Part shown: positions 37,390-47,323 of the stretch, one piece after another
How positions within the stretch are numbered: the first letter of the stretch is position 1
How the letters are laid out: each line of letters starts with the position of its first letter
Virus record (IMG/VR): IMGVR_UViG_3300042307_001176
Location: 90,412-154,411 of that record
Direction: 5' to 3' (one strand)
DNA length: 64,000 bases
Source: a virus
The notes under the pieces: generated by a model
Seen by the model: only the letters and a program-made list of their open reading frames with translations
Databases searched by the model: none
What the model was told of the DNA's origin: nothing
Position numbers and translations under genes: made by a program

Positions 37390-37851
37390 ATGAAATATCC
37401 ATTTAAAAGAGTTATAATAGACATAGGTAATTATTTCTTTGTGAGAAGAACTATAAAGAATAATATGAGTTCTATAGAGTGGAATAAATTTAAGCTTAGA
37501 GTAGATTGGATTGGAAGAATTTATACTGTTGTAAATCTTCCGCCAGAAGTAATATATTCTCCAGATACACCAGAAGAAATAAGACCTGCATATGTTATTG
37601 AAGAGTCTAAGCCATTAAATGAGTATCTTACTGGATTAGGATTGTCTGAAGTTATTTTACCCGAAATAACACCAATACCAAAATCAATTTCTTATCTTAT
37701 TACATACACTCCAGCTTTTCAAAGATTATCATTGAGATGGATTTTTTATAGAATTGGTTTAATCTTAGTAATTAGTTATCTTCAATACAAGTTCGGATTC
37801 TTATCATGGATAGGTGGTCTAATAAAATCGTTATTTGATGCCATCTTCTAA
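37390..37851 (+). CDS. Hypothetical protein with C-terminal TM segment
   Basis: ORF. Confidence 0.7.
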   Translation: MKYPFKRVIIDIGNYFFVRRTIKNNMSSIEWNKFKLRVDWIGRIYTVVNLPPEVIYSPDTPEEIRPAYVIEESKPLNEYLTGLGLSEVILPEITPIPKSISYLITYTPAFQRLSLRWIFYRIGLILVISYLQYKFGFLSWIGGLIKSLFDAIF

Positions 37852-38593
37852 TATAGAAATTACAAGAAAAGCTTACCCATGGGGTAGAGCATATATCGTT
37901 GAGGGAGCTTCTGAAGCTCCTTTAATTTTGCCATCTGTTACTACTGTGCTTAAATTATTAAAAAACGAAAAATACGAAATGCTCAGAAAGCAATTCGGAG
38001 ATAAGAGATGGGATAAGATATTACACGATGCTGCAGAACGAGGAAATGTAATGCACAGAATGCTAGAACTTTTTCTTCTTGAATGGGCAAAAGAAAAAAA
38101 CGTAGACAGATCGTTAAAGAAAGCACAAATATTTGCAATAGAAGAATCAAGAAGAGATGAGGGTAAATTTTCTAAATACGTAGATAAAGGAAGAGATCTT
38201 TTTTGGAATTTTTATCACGAAAAGTTTTGGGAAAATATCTTAGAAGTTGTAGATAACGAAGCTTTCTTATACACAACATTTAAAGGAGGATGGGCTGGTG
38301 CGTGCGACTTTGTTTACAGAGATCTGGAATACAATTTAATAGTAGAAGATTTTAAATCATCAACTTCTTTAAAAGACGAAGAAGATATATTAAGTTATAA
38401 ATTACAAATAGCAGCTTACATGTTTATGTGTGCTGAAAAATATAATGAAGTTCCTAAAGTTGGTAAGATACGTATAGCAAATGAGCAGACATCTGATATA
38501 CAAACATTTGAAGTACATGATTATGAATTAAAAGATTACCTTTCCCAGTTCATAGATTTATGTGAAAAATTCAGAGAAATTAACAATATTTAA
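37835..38593 (+). CDS. PD-(D/E)XK exonuclease
   Basis: PSVTTVL, RGNVMH, AGACD, DFKSS, LQIAAY. Confidence 0.88.
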   Translation: MMPSSNIEITRKAYPWGRAYIVEGASEAPLILPSVTTVLKLLKNEKYEMLRKQFGDKRWDKILHDAAERGNVMHRMLELFLLEWAKEKNVDRSLKKAQIFAIEESRRDEGKFSKYVDKGRDLFWNFYHEKFWENILEVVDNEAFLYTTFKGGWAGACDFVYRDLEYNLIVEDFKSSTSLKDEEDILSYKLQIAAYMFMCAEKYNEVPKVGKIRIANEQTSDIQTFEVHDYELKDYLSQFIDLCEKFREINNI

Positions 38594-38637
38594 GAAACTT
38601 TCTATTACAAATAACCTATAAAATATAAAAATACAAA

Positions 38638-39147
38638 ATGGCAAAAATAGCGAAAACACCGAAAATGGAAGTGATTAAAGAAGAAGCAAACGAAGCTGCT
38701 CTCGAAAAATATCTTTCTAATGTTGATCACGATAAAGTTAATTCTATCAAAAAAGATCTAGAGGATTACAAAAAGAGTCTAGCAGGAAAAGAATATGCTG
38801 TGTCTATGACACCAGAGATTTTAGATGTATTTCTAGACTACATGAAAAATGGAGTTCAGTGGAGATCTAAAGAAGCTCTTGGAGTTAAAGAGATTTTAAA
38901 AAGTATAGAGAGAACAAAAAAAGAAGGTATTAAAGATGGCGTTGCTTATTTTAATAACCTAGAGGTGGAAGCTTCACATTATTTTATTTTAAAAATGGAA
39001 GGGACTGGAGAAAGCCGAATTGATAATTTCGTAGCTCTTTGGAAAACTTTTGAAGAGACATTAGTACTAATTCAACAAGATAACTTGGTTGTTAAAGATC
39101 TTGAGCAACAATTAGCTGCTGCAGAGCAAGGATTGGAGCTAGCATAA
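38638..39147 (+). CDS. Hypothetical protein
   Basis: ORF with GAAACT-N17-TATAAA upstream. Confidence 0.75.
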   Translation: MAKIAKTPKMEVIKEEANEAALEKYLSNVDHDKVNSIKKDLEDYKKSLAGKEYAVSMTPEILDVFLDYMKNGVQWRSKEALGVKEILKSIERTKKEGIKDGVAYFNNLEVEASHYFILKMEGTGESRIDNFVALWKTFEETLVLIQQDNLVVKDLEQQLAAAEQGLELA

Positions 39148-39170
39148 TAAACCTTATACCCTAATATAAC

Positions 39171-39202
39171 AAAAGACTAGAAATATTTCTAGTCTTTTTT
39201 TT
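39171..39202 (+). terminator. Intrinsic terminator
   Basis: AAAAGACTAGAAA/TTTCTAGTCTTTT. Confidence 0.75.
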
Positions 39203-39217
39203 GTGGATATATATGTC

Positions 39218-40486
39218 ATGAAGAAAAAATTGTTACCGTGGATAATAACACTTTCAGCACTGTCAGTTTCTGGATCTGCTGCTTTTTATTCTGTATCGGG
39301 TTTAGGAAAAATGTTTGCGGGTGCATCCACACAAGTTATGGTTCTAGCGGGAAGCTTAGAACTTGCAAAATTAGTAACTGCATCATTACTTTATCAATAC
39401 TGGAAACAACTTAATGGATTCCTTAAAACTTATCTCTCTGTAGCCACCTTAATATTGATTTTAATCACGTCTGCTGGAATTTACGGCTTCCTTTCATCTG
39501 CTTATCAAGAAACTGCATTTAAAGTCCAGAATCAGGATAAAAACATTGAAATATTAGATAAGGATATCGCGGTCGTTCAAACAGAGATTAAGAATTACGA
39601 ATCACAGATTTCACAGAAGAATAGCAGATTAACGCAGCTTACTACAATAAGAACAGGTCTACAAACAACACAAGATGTCCTTATAGAAAAATCAAAATCT
39701 ACAACAGCTATTAGAAAACAAATTAATGATGTTGATTCTGAAATAAAAAGAATGGATTCAGAAATATCTGTAATGAATGATTCAATATCATCAAAAAATA
39801 ATAAAATAGGAGGTATTGAAAGGAATAAATTAGGAGTTTCATCAAACTCAGATCTAGCAAAAGAAGTAGGTCCTTTAAAATATATTGCAGAGCTCACTGG
39901 TAAAACGTTAGATCAAGTTGTGAATTGGTATATCATTGTACTAATGTTAGTTTTTGATCCTTTAGCAATTGCTTTAGTTATTGCAGCAAACTTTGCTTTT
40001 GAGATAACCAAAGATAAAGAAAACAAAATAGAAATAAAAAAAAACAAAGAAATGAAAGAGAATAAATTGAAAAAGTTTTGGAGTAATCTATTTAAGAAAA
40101 AAATCCAAAAAAACCAAGAAGCAATAGTAAAAGAAACAAAAGAGAATAAATTAAAAAAGTTCTGGGATAATTTATTCAAGAAAAAAGTACAAAAACTGCA
40201 AGAAGAAAATAGCGGAATACATCACAAAAAAGAATATGTTATAGATTACAGTGAGACAAAAAATGATTCGGAAGGTATTATATTTATACCTCAAGAAACT
40301 GTAATTGAAGAGCCTAAAATTATTATAGAACCAGTATCTATTATTCCAATAGAAGAAAATGTGAAAGATATAGAGAATAAAATAGATGATACGGATAAAT
40401 ACAAAGATATTAATCTTTCTTTTGAAGAACAAAAAAAAATTAGAGAGAGATTTAGAAATAATCCAGAGTCGGACCTTTTAAATTAA
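39218..40486 (+). CDS. Membrane-anchored coiled-coil protein
   Basis: TM segments, TSAGIYGFLS, EVGPLKYIA, VFDPLAI; duplicated KENKLKKFW.NLFKKK. Confidence 0.8.
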   Translation: MKKKLLPWIITLSALSVSGSAAFYSVSGLGKMFAGASTQVMVLAGSLELAKLVTASLLYQYWKQLNGFLKTYLSVATLILILITSAGIYGFLSSAYQETAFKVQNQDKNIEILDKDIAVVQTEIKNYESQISQKNSRLTQLTTIRTGLQTTQDVLIEKSKSTTAIRKQINDVDSEIKRMDSEISVMNDSISSKNNKIGGIERNKLGVSSNSDLAKEVGPLKYIAELTGKTLDQVVNWYIIVLMLVFDPLAIALVIAANFAFEITKDKENKIEIKKNKEMKENKLKKFWSNLFKKKIQKNQEAIVKETKENKLKKFWDNLFKKKVQKLQEENSGIHHKKEYVIDYSETKNDSEGIIFIPQETVIEEPKIIIEPVSIIPIEENVKDIENKIDDTDKYKDINLSFEEQKKIRERFRNNPESDLLN

Positions 40487-40487
40487 G

Positions 40488-41072
40488 ATGATAAAACCTG
40501 TTTATACAACAAATCCTGTTCATATTAAATATCTAGATTGTAATCCCGCAGTCTATAGGAGGATTAGTTTTCAATCGTGTAATTTAGATATTAAAGAAGG
40601 TGCAAACGTTCTATCTACTATATCTTTATGTGATTTTAAACTTGAATCATTAGGGAGTTCTGAATTAGGTGGTTGCGGTGGTTCATTAAAAAAGAACATA
40701 ACTTTAAATGCTTTAAGTACCTATATACTAACAGCAAGTGAAATTGGACAAGCACAAGGAGAGGTTCAAATGATAGTGGTAAAAGCTACGTACCAAAAAA
40801 ATCATCGAGAAGAGGATAGACTTGTATACTGGGAATATAAAGGAAACACCTACCCAATGCATAATTTAATGATATTAACAGGCAGAACACAAGCAGAAAT
40901 ACCATGGCAAGGGTGGGATTTAGGATATTATTCAAACACTCCACCAAGTCCGGTATTTAGCCCACACACATATCCACCAATAGCATCGCCCGATTTATCG
41001 TTCGGAGGAATTATGTTCAGTAATCCTAGCAACACATATAATACTGAACTAGAAATATTTGTTTTTAATTAA
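40488..41072 (+). CDS. Hypothetical protein (paralog of next)
   Basis: FQ.CNL, ISLCD, GWDL, GG...NP shared with next gene. Confidence 0.75.
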   Translation: MIKPVYTTNPVHIKYLDCNPAVYRRISFQSCNLDIKEGANVLSTISLCDFKLESLGSSELGGCGGSLKKNITLNALSTYILTASEIGQAQGEVQMIVVKATYQKNHREEDRLVYWEYKGNTYPMHNLMILTGRTQAEIPWQGWDLGYYSNTPPSPVFSPHTYPPIASPDLSFGGIMFSNPSNTYNTELEIFVFN

Positions 41073-41557
41073 TGGCTACACCACCTATAGTATGTGATAC
41101 AATACAGTTTGAAGGAGCAATATTTCAAAGATGTAACTTGAGTGTAATAAAAGGCACTACGGTTCTTAGAGAAATAAGTCTTTGTGATACTAATATAATT
41201 TTGAATAATTACACATCTTTTAATGGGTGCATATACAGTAATTCAAGTCTTATTCTTAATTCTGAAGGATTAGGAGAGGTATCTTTTATAATGATAAAAG
41301 CAAGTTACCCATCAACACTTCCAGTATATAATAGATTTATTAATATAATTTATAATGGATCATATTTACCAATGTCAGATATAACATTATTAACGGGGAA
41401 TCCGTCAGATCTTTCCCCATATTTTTTAGGAAGAGGTTGGGATTTAGATCCAAACGGAAGTGATATTGAATCCCCTTACTTTGATGAAGGAGGTATGTTA
41501 TTATATAATCCACATTCAGTTAGAGTAAATGTTGAGGTTATTATTGGGGGAAATTAA
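41072..41557 (+). CDS. Hypothetical protein (paralog of previous)
   Basis: Shared motifs with previous gene. Confidence 0.75.
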   Translation: MATPPIVCDTIQFEGAIFQRCNLSVIKGTTVLREISLCDTNIILNNYTSFNGCIYSNSSLILNSEGLGEVSFIMIKASYPSTLPVYNRFINIIYNGSYLPMSDITLLTGNPSDLSPYFLGRGWDLDPNGSDIESPYFDEGGMLLYNPHSVRVNVEVIIGGN

Positions 41558-41654
41558 ATAAACGAGATTGAAACTTATTATTATAAAGATCATTAAATAA
41601 TAACAAAGAGGAATCTAGAAAAGAATAGATATATACTAAAAAAGCGAATTAAAA

Positions 41655-43991
41655 ATGGAAAAAAATATTAATCCAGAGATCAACAGATTAAACATGGAAA
41701 CATCTAAGCAAGCAGCTGATTCTTTAAGAGAATGGGCAGGATTAGGTGCTTCTCAAGCTCCTGTTGCTTCTTCATTTCTTAATGGCTCAACTGCTCAGCA
41801 CTTAAACGAATCTGCATTTCCAGATATGTCAACTAAAGCTTCTAAAAGAACTTCTTTCAGCTTTGGTGTTTTAAATACTGTTTCAGCATTAAGAAACTCA
41901 AGCTTAAATGAATTACCAGCAGGTAAAATTCTTTTAGAAAAATACAATTACTTACTAATAGAAAAAGGTATTTCTGAATCCTTTATTATTGAAGAATTGT
42001 TAAACGATCTTAGCTCTTTTTCTTGGGAAAATTCAGTTAAACCAGTTTTAGAAAACTTAACAAATACTTTTGAAAGTAACAGAAGAGAAGTTGAGGTTTT
42101 AAAAACTTACGAGACTATTAAGAATAATTCAGGAAAAGAACTTTTTTCAGATGCTACAGACCAAATGAAAAATTGGTTATCCTCAGAAAAAAGAAGCTCA
42201 GATACTTTAGTTCACGGATTAAAAAGATTTGGATTTAACCCGATGGTTAGAAATTTAGTTAGTTTCCTTTCAATTTACGAAAATCAAGGCACTAGCAAAT
42301 TTAATGTTGGATTTGACAATAATATTTGCGAGATCAGTAATATCTATTCTCCAGTATATGTTAACGAAAATGAAGTGGTATTTTACTCTTCTGGTAAATT
42401 CTTAAAACTTCAAGAATCTGAAGGAACTATTTTTGAATGCGAAATGGAAGAAGTTCCTGCTGAGCTACAAGACAAAGCTTCAATCTTAGCTGATAGAGAC
42501 GTTAGAGTTGAGAATAACAGAATATTATTAACACTTGGAAATAATAAAATCGAGATCTCTTTTGCAAATGAATCAAAAACTATCTTCTTTGATGGTAAAG
42601 AAATTAAGGAAGAAGATTTACCGCTTGCAGTAAGTGTTTCAACTAATAACTTATTGGAAAATTCAAACTACAAGATCAATAAAGCAATTTTTATTGCTAA
42701 AGTTGCTGATGAGATTATTGATTTGGATTTTGGTAAAAAAATTAAATCTAAAGTTTATGAAGGTGTAGAAGCTAATATATTTAAAATTGGCGCAACTATC
42801 TACGTTCAAACAGTTAATCCAGCAATGAAATTAAATAAAATCTACGAAGCTAATGCTACTCAAGCTATTAATATCGTTAAAGACTTTATTAAATATGATA
42901 TCTCTGAATCTTTAACAGAATTCTTAGATGGCGAAGTAGCTTTCTTAAGCGTTATGAAAAATGACAAAACAGAAATCGTTAAGAATATTGATATCTTAGA
43001 AAGCGAATTAAGAAAATTAGATGTTGTTAAGGAACAAAATCCTCTTATTGCTAATTCTGATGAACTAATATCTTTAGAAGAAGGTATCGAAAACGAAATC
43101 GAATCTTTAAAAGACAGATGGAATCAAATCAATGTAGAAATTGAAAGATTTGAAAATAAAGCTAAAGACGTTTCTTCAAATATGAATGAAGATCTTGGAT
43201 ATCCAATTGATACTGAGGTTAGAGTAAAAAGAAACGGCGTTAAAGGCAGAGTGATTGGAGTAGACGGAAGCTCTAAGACTTACACTATATTATTCCAAGA
43301 GGGTAAAACAGGAGAATATTTCTTCTCTGATGTAGAAGATCTTACTGATGAAGTTAACAACTACGACATTAAAACTCCTGATTTAGATATTGAATACACT
43401 GACGATTTAGCTAATGAATCTAATCAAAATTTAGCATCTGCACCAGGAAATAAAGGAGGTAGTTATAAAGATAAATCGGTTATGAATTTATCTAAAAAAC
43501 ACATGGCTGCTGCTCCTAATAAAAAAACAGGATCATCTCCTAAATTTATAGATAATGATTCAAATGCTAATTTTGGAAAAACACCTAAGTCTGGTAAAAG
43601 AACATCTGAAACAGGAAACAGTGTAAAATCTGGAGCTAGTAATTTAGCAAAACTTCCTAAAGGATCTGCTGGTAAAGGACAAAACTTTATTGATGGATTA
43701 GAAAATTTAGATTTAGCTAAAGCACCAAGTGGATCTGTTAAAGGATCAGCTAAATTTATTCAAGATCTTAAGAATATGAATCTTGCAATTAAAGAGAGTC
43801 AAAAAAATTCGCACATTGAAAAAGCTCCTGCAGGATCAAAAGAAGTACCTAAAAAGTTTATTGAAAAAGAAGAGAGAGCTAATTTAGCAGATGCTCACGG
43901 AAATTCCAATAAGAATGGTAAAAGATTTGCAGAAGCAGATTCTGTAGCAGCATTTGCTACTACACCAGGGAGAGCATCAAAAAAAAAGTAA
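41655..43991 (+). CDS. Large probable head/core protein
   Basis: Late-type motif at 41628; repeated (L/M/A)NE(S) sites and NLA.AP repeats; ends in slippery AAAAAAG. Confidence 0.75.
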   Translation: MEKNINPEINRLNMETSKQAADSLREWAGLGASQAPVASSFLNGSTAQHLNESAFPDMSTKASKRTSFSFGVLNTVSALRNSSLNELPAGKILLEKYNYLLIEKGISESFIIEELLNDLSSFSWENSVKPVLENLTNTFESNRREVEVLKTYETIKNNSGKELFSDATDQMKNWLSSEKRSSDTLVHGLKRFGFNPMVRNLVSFLSIYENQGTSKFNVGFDNNICEISNIYSPVYVNENEVVFYSSGKFLKLQESEGTIFECEMEEVPAELQDKASILADRDVRVENNRILLTLGNNKIEISFANESKTIFFDGKEIKEEDLPLAVSVSTNNLLENSNYKINKAIFIAKVADEIIDLDFGKKIKSKVYEGVEANIFKIGATIYVQTVNPAMKLNKIYEANATQAINIVKDFIKYDISESLTEFLDGEVAFLSVMKNDKTEIVKNIDILESELRKLDVVKEQNPLIANSDELISLEEGIENEIESLKDRWNQINVEIERFENKAKDVSSNMNEDLGYPIDTEVRVKRNGVKGRVIGVDGSSKTYTILFQEGKTGEYFFSDVEDLTDEVNNYDIKTPDLDIEYTDDLANESNQNLASAPGNKGGSYKDKSVMNLSKKHMAAAPNKKTGSSPKFIDNDSNANFGKTPKSGKRTSETGNSVKSGASNLAKLPKGSAGKGQNFIDGLENLDLAKAPSGSVKGSAKFIQDLKNMNLAIKESQKNSHIEKAPAGSKEVPKKFIEKEERANLADAHGNSNKNGKRFAEADSVAAFATTPGRASKKK

Positions 43992-44239
43992 TTACGAAGA
44001 AAATAATTGAGTCTGTTGGCCAAAAATCCGAAGAGGGTATTGGCAACAGACTCAATTTTGTTTTAGATGATTTGAAAGATTGTCTAGCAAAGATAAAGGA
44101 ATTGGAAACTTCTAGCGAAGAACACGGTAAGATAGGTATAGAAACAATTAGAAATTCGAGGATAAATTTGGAAAAATTAAGATTAAATTTAGAAGATCAA
44201 ATAGAGAAACTCCAAAATAACAGCCCCGAAGCACAATGA
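43988..44239 (+). CDS. -1 frame extension of 41655 protein (83 codons)
   Basis: ATG-less open frame VITKKIIESVGQK...SPEAQ*, ending in ATGA overlap with next gene. Confidence 0.7.
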   Translation, partial: VITKKIIESVGQKSEEGIGNRLNFVLDDLKDCLAKIKELETSSEEHGKIGIETIRNSRINLEKLRLNLEDQIEKLQNNSPEAQ

Positions 44240-44592
44240 TATATGTAAAAAACAAAGAGCTTAAAAGAGCTTTACAAGAAAGCAAAGAAGTAGGAAAACT
44301 CACATCCGAAACTGTGCAAATGTTTACTTTAATAGTAAACGGAATGTCTAAGACCCATTCATACAGAGATCACGAAGATCGCGAAGATTGTATCTCATTC
44401 GGATTAGAGGATTTAATAAAATACTGGAACAGATACGATCCAGCAAAATCTGATAATCCTTTTGCTTTCATTTCGCAAATAGCACATAATGGAATGAAGA
44501 AAGGATGGAAAAAAATATATCCACCTAAAGCTCCTAAAACTATACCATTTTCAAGAATCGTAAGAGAAGAAAATTCCAATTATAATATATAA
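44236..44592 (+). CDS. Late-transcription sigma factor (gp55-like)
   Basis: YVKNKEL, EDCIS, YDPAKSDNPFAFISQI. Confidence 0.8.
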   Translation: MIYVKNKELKRALQESKEVGKLTSETVQMFTLIVNGMSKTHSYRDHEDREDCISFGLEDLIKYWNRYDPAKSDNPFAFISQIAHNGMKKGWKKIYPPKAPKTIPFSRIVREENSNYNI

Positions 44593-44598
44593 TTGTGA

Positions 44599-45084
44599 AT
44601 GGACATCAAAAAACTAAAGCCGAATGGTAAATGGAAGTCTGGTAAATACTACCCTACTAATCCAGAAAAGTATATTGGTGATATTCATAATATAATTTAT
44701 AGAAGCTCTTGGGAACAAAGATTTTGTCAGTATTGTGATATTAATCCCAATATAACTAAATGGAGCTCAGAACCTACAGGTATTCCTTATTGGAGTCCAA
44801 TTGATAAAAAAGAACATAAATACTTTGTTGATTATTATATCCAGGTATTAAAAAATAACTCGGTAGAAAATTGGTTAATTGAAATAAAGCCAGAAGATCA
44901 GTATGCTTTACATATGAGGCCAAAAGAGCCTACAGGTAATCTTACGGAAAAGAAAATAAGAAGCTATAATGAAAGACTCAAAACTTGGATCACAAACAGA
45001 TGTAAGTTTGAAGCAGCAACAAGATTTGCAGAATCTAGAGGTTATAAGTTTGGAGCTATAAACGAAACCTTTATAATGCGATGA
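44599..45084 (+). CDS. Head completion nuclease (gp4-like)
   Basis: NPEKYIGD, YRSSWE, WSSE, YFVD, IEIKP. Confidence 0.9.
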   Translation: MDIKKLKPNGKWKSGKYYPTNPEKYIGDIHNIIYRSSWEQRFCQYCDINPNITKWSSEPTGIPYWSPIDKKEHKYFVDYYIQVLKNNSVENWLIEIKPEDQYALHMRPKEPTGNLTEKKIRSYNERLKTWITNRCKFEAATRFAESRGYKFGAINETFIMR

Positions 45085-45674
45085 AACCTTTTAAAACACA
45101 ATTTGAAGATTATAAATTATCAGTATCTGGTCTTTCGTCATTAGCCGAGGATTCTTTTATGCACTGGTTTAAAACATTTGTAAATAGTAAGAGCCAATTT
45201 AACCCTTCGAGTTTTTTGTCAGGTAAAGTTTATTCATTAGAATATAACGACCAATTAGAAAAATCTAAAAAATATATTAATAAAAGACCCATAGTATTCT
45301 TTACTGGCTTTAAAAGCTACGAAGATAAGACAATATTTTATGGTATAGATTTAATATTGCTGTCTCCTCAATTTAGAATTCCTTTTTTTACAAGAATACA
45401 AAGTGTTTATCAAGAAATCATAGAAAAGAACCAAGAAAAAATCGGCAGGGGGGAAATTAAATCACAGGTTCTGTTAAAAACAGATTACGAAACACTTGAC
45501 ACTATTCTTAAAGGAATAAACTATAAACATGCTTATAGAGCATGGGATTTAAAAAAAGTTCGTGATGTTGTGGAAATTCCTTACGAAGATTGGACTAGAA
45601 TAGTATATCTGGATACTAGGTCAATTGAAGGGACCCAGTTAAATGAGATATATAAGAAAAATTTACAGATCTAA
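45081..45674 (+). CDS. DNA end protector (gp2-like)
   Basis: GKVY...RPIVF...FYGIDL.LL.P..R; synteny with gp4. Confidence 0.55.
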   Translation: MKPFKTQFEDYKLSVSGLSSLAEDSFMHWFKTFVNSKSQFNPSSFLSGKVYSLEYNDQLEKSKKYINKRPIVFFTGFKSYEDKTIFYGIDLILLSPQFRIPFFTRIQSVYQEIIEKNQEKIGRGEIKSQVLLKTDYETLDTILKGINYKHAYRAWDLKKVRDVVEIPYEDWTRIVYLDTRSIEGTQLNEIYKKNLQI

Positions 45675-47317
45675 TGGCTGGATTTACAGATGATAAAAAA
45701 ACATTCTTTAGTGCTATTATAGATAGCGTTAAAAAAGTTGGCAGTTTTGGTATGTCTTATGAGGATCTAGTGATTAAAAATTCACAAGCAGTAGGTGTAA
45801 GCGAAGCACAATTCCTACAAAAAGGAGGTATTAAAGATGAGGCTTTCTTATTCGGTTTAAGAAGAGCAGATACAACAACTAAGCAGTATATAGCTTATTT
45901 TGATAAAGATTATAAAAATAAAAAGCATTACTTACAAGGTTTTTCACAGAATCCAGAGATTGAATTTATTTTAGATACTATTTGTGATGAAGCTATAGTG
46001 TATGACGAAAGAAACTTTTGGGCTTACTTCTCATTTATGCAGCACGATGATGTTGATGAAGAGACATACGATAAAGTACAAAAAAGATACAAAGAGATCT
46101 ATAATCTATTTGGATTTAACCAAGACATATTAGCTTGGCACTTATTCAGAAAATTCTTATCCGATGGTATATTATCTTTTGAAATAGTATTTGATAAGAA
46201 AGGTAAAAATATAGTAGGTTTTAAGGAATTAGATCCTGCTTCTCTTGTACCAACAGTAGAAGCACAGCCTGACGGATCATTTATAGACATATGGATTCAA
46301 TATCCAGATAACCCATCTTTGACTAGAAAGCTTTATGATTCGCAGATAATTTATATAAGTTATGCTAAAGGTGGAGGTACAGCAGGTAGAGTAAGTTATA
46401 CTGAAAGATTAATTAGATCATTCAACTTACTTAGAATTATGGAACACACCAGAATCATCTGGAACGTAATGAATTCTTCTTATCGTATGGCAATGACAGT
46501 TCCAATTGGAACTAAATCTCCGCAAAAAGCTAAACAGACTCTTGGAGAGTTAATGTCAATCTATAAAGAAGATATTAGATTAAATACTGATAGTGGAGAA
46601 TTATCAGTAGACGGAAAACCCAAAATACAATTCTTTAAGAATTATTTAATGCCTTCATCTCCTAACGGAACACCAGATATTCAGCCTTTAGCTGGAGCAG
46701 GTGATGCTACCGCATTCTCCGATACTACGGTATTAAAATATTTTGCAAATAAATTAAGGATGGATTCTAAAATACCTGCTACTAGATTCGGTAGGGAAGA
46801 ATCAGGATCAGAAGGTACTATTACATTTACTGCAGAAGGATTAGACCAAGAAGAAATTAGATTCGGTAAATTTATAAACAGATTAAGGTCAATATACCAA
46901 GATATTTTAATGAAACCATTATGGGTTCAATTCTGTTTAGATTTTCCTAATCTAAAAACCGATTACATTCTAAAATCTGAATTCGGACTAGACTACGTTA
47001 AGGAAAATATGTTTAGAGAAGCCAAGGATATGGAGGTAATGGTAGCAAGAAAGGATCAGGTTATAAAAATTTCAGGTCTACTAAATTCCGAAGGTAAAAA
47101 ATACTTCAGTATGGATTTCTTAGTTGATAGATTTCTAGGAATGAATAACCAAGATATTTCCGATAACAAAAAAGCTAAAGAAGAAGCTGCTGATAAGAAA
47201 AAAGAAGCTGCAGGAGCAACAGGCGGAACACCAACTGAAGACGAAGCACCAGCTGAAGGAGCAACAGGTGAAGCACCAGCTGAAGAAGAAGAAGGAGGAG
47301 AAGAATTTACACTATAA
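45674..47317 (+). CDS. Portal protein (gp20-like) 1
   Basis: PEIE.ILD.ICDEA, FNLLRIMEH, SKIP.TRF, EEIRFGKFINRLR. Confidence 0.9.
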   Translation: MAGFTDDKKTFFSAIIDSVKKVGSFGMSYEDLVIKNSQAVGVSEAQFLQKGGIKDEAFLFGLRRADTTTKQYIAYFDKDYKNKKHYLQGFSQNPEIEFILDTICDEAIVYDERNFWAYFSFMQHDDVDEETYDKVQKRYKEIYNLFGFNQDILAWHLFRKFLSDGILSFEIVFDKKGKNIVGFKELDPASLVPTVEAQPDGSFIDIWIQYPDNPSLTRKLYDSQIIYISYAKGGGTAGRVSYTERLIRSFNLLRIMEHTRIIWNVMNSSYRMAMTVPIGTKSPQKAKQTLGELMSIYKEDIRLNTDSGELSVDGKPKIQFFKNYLMPSSPNGTPDIQPLAGAGDATAFSDTTVLKYFANKLRMDSKIPATRFGREESGSEGTITFTAEGLDQEEIRFGKFINRLRSIYQDILMKPLWVQFCLDFPNLKTDYILKSEFGLDYVKENMFREAKDMEVMVARKDQVIKISGLLNSEGKKYFSMDFLVDRFLGMNNQDISDNKKAKEEAADKKKEAAGATGGTPTEDEAPAEGATGEAPAEEEEGGEEFTL

Positions 47318-47323
47318 AAAAAT

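Noticed and set aside
37835-38593. Cas4 / CRISPR adaptation gene
   Set aside because: Lacks the Cas4 Cys cluster pattern and no array is present; ordinary phage PD-(D/E)XK exonuclease
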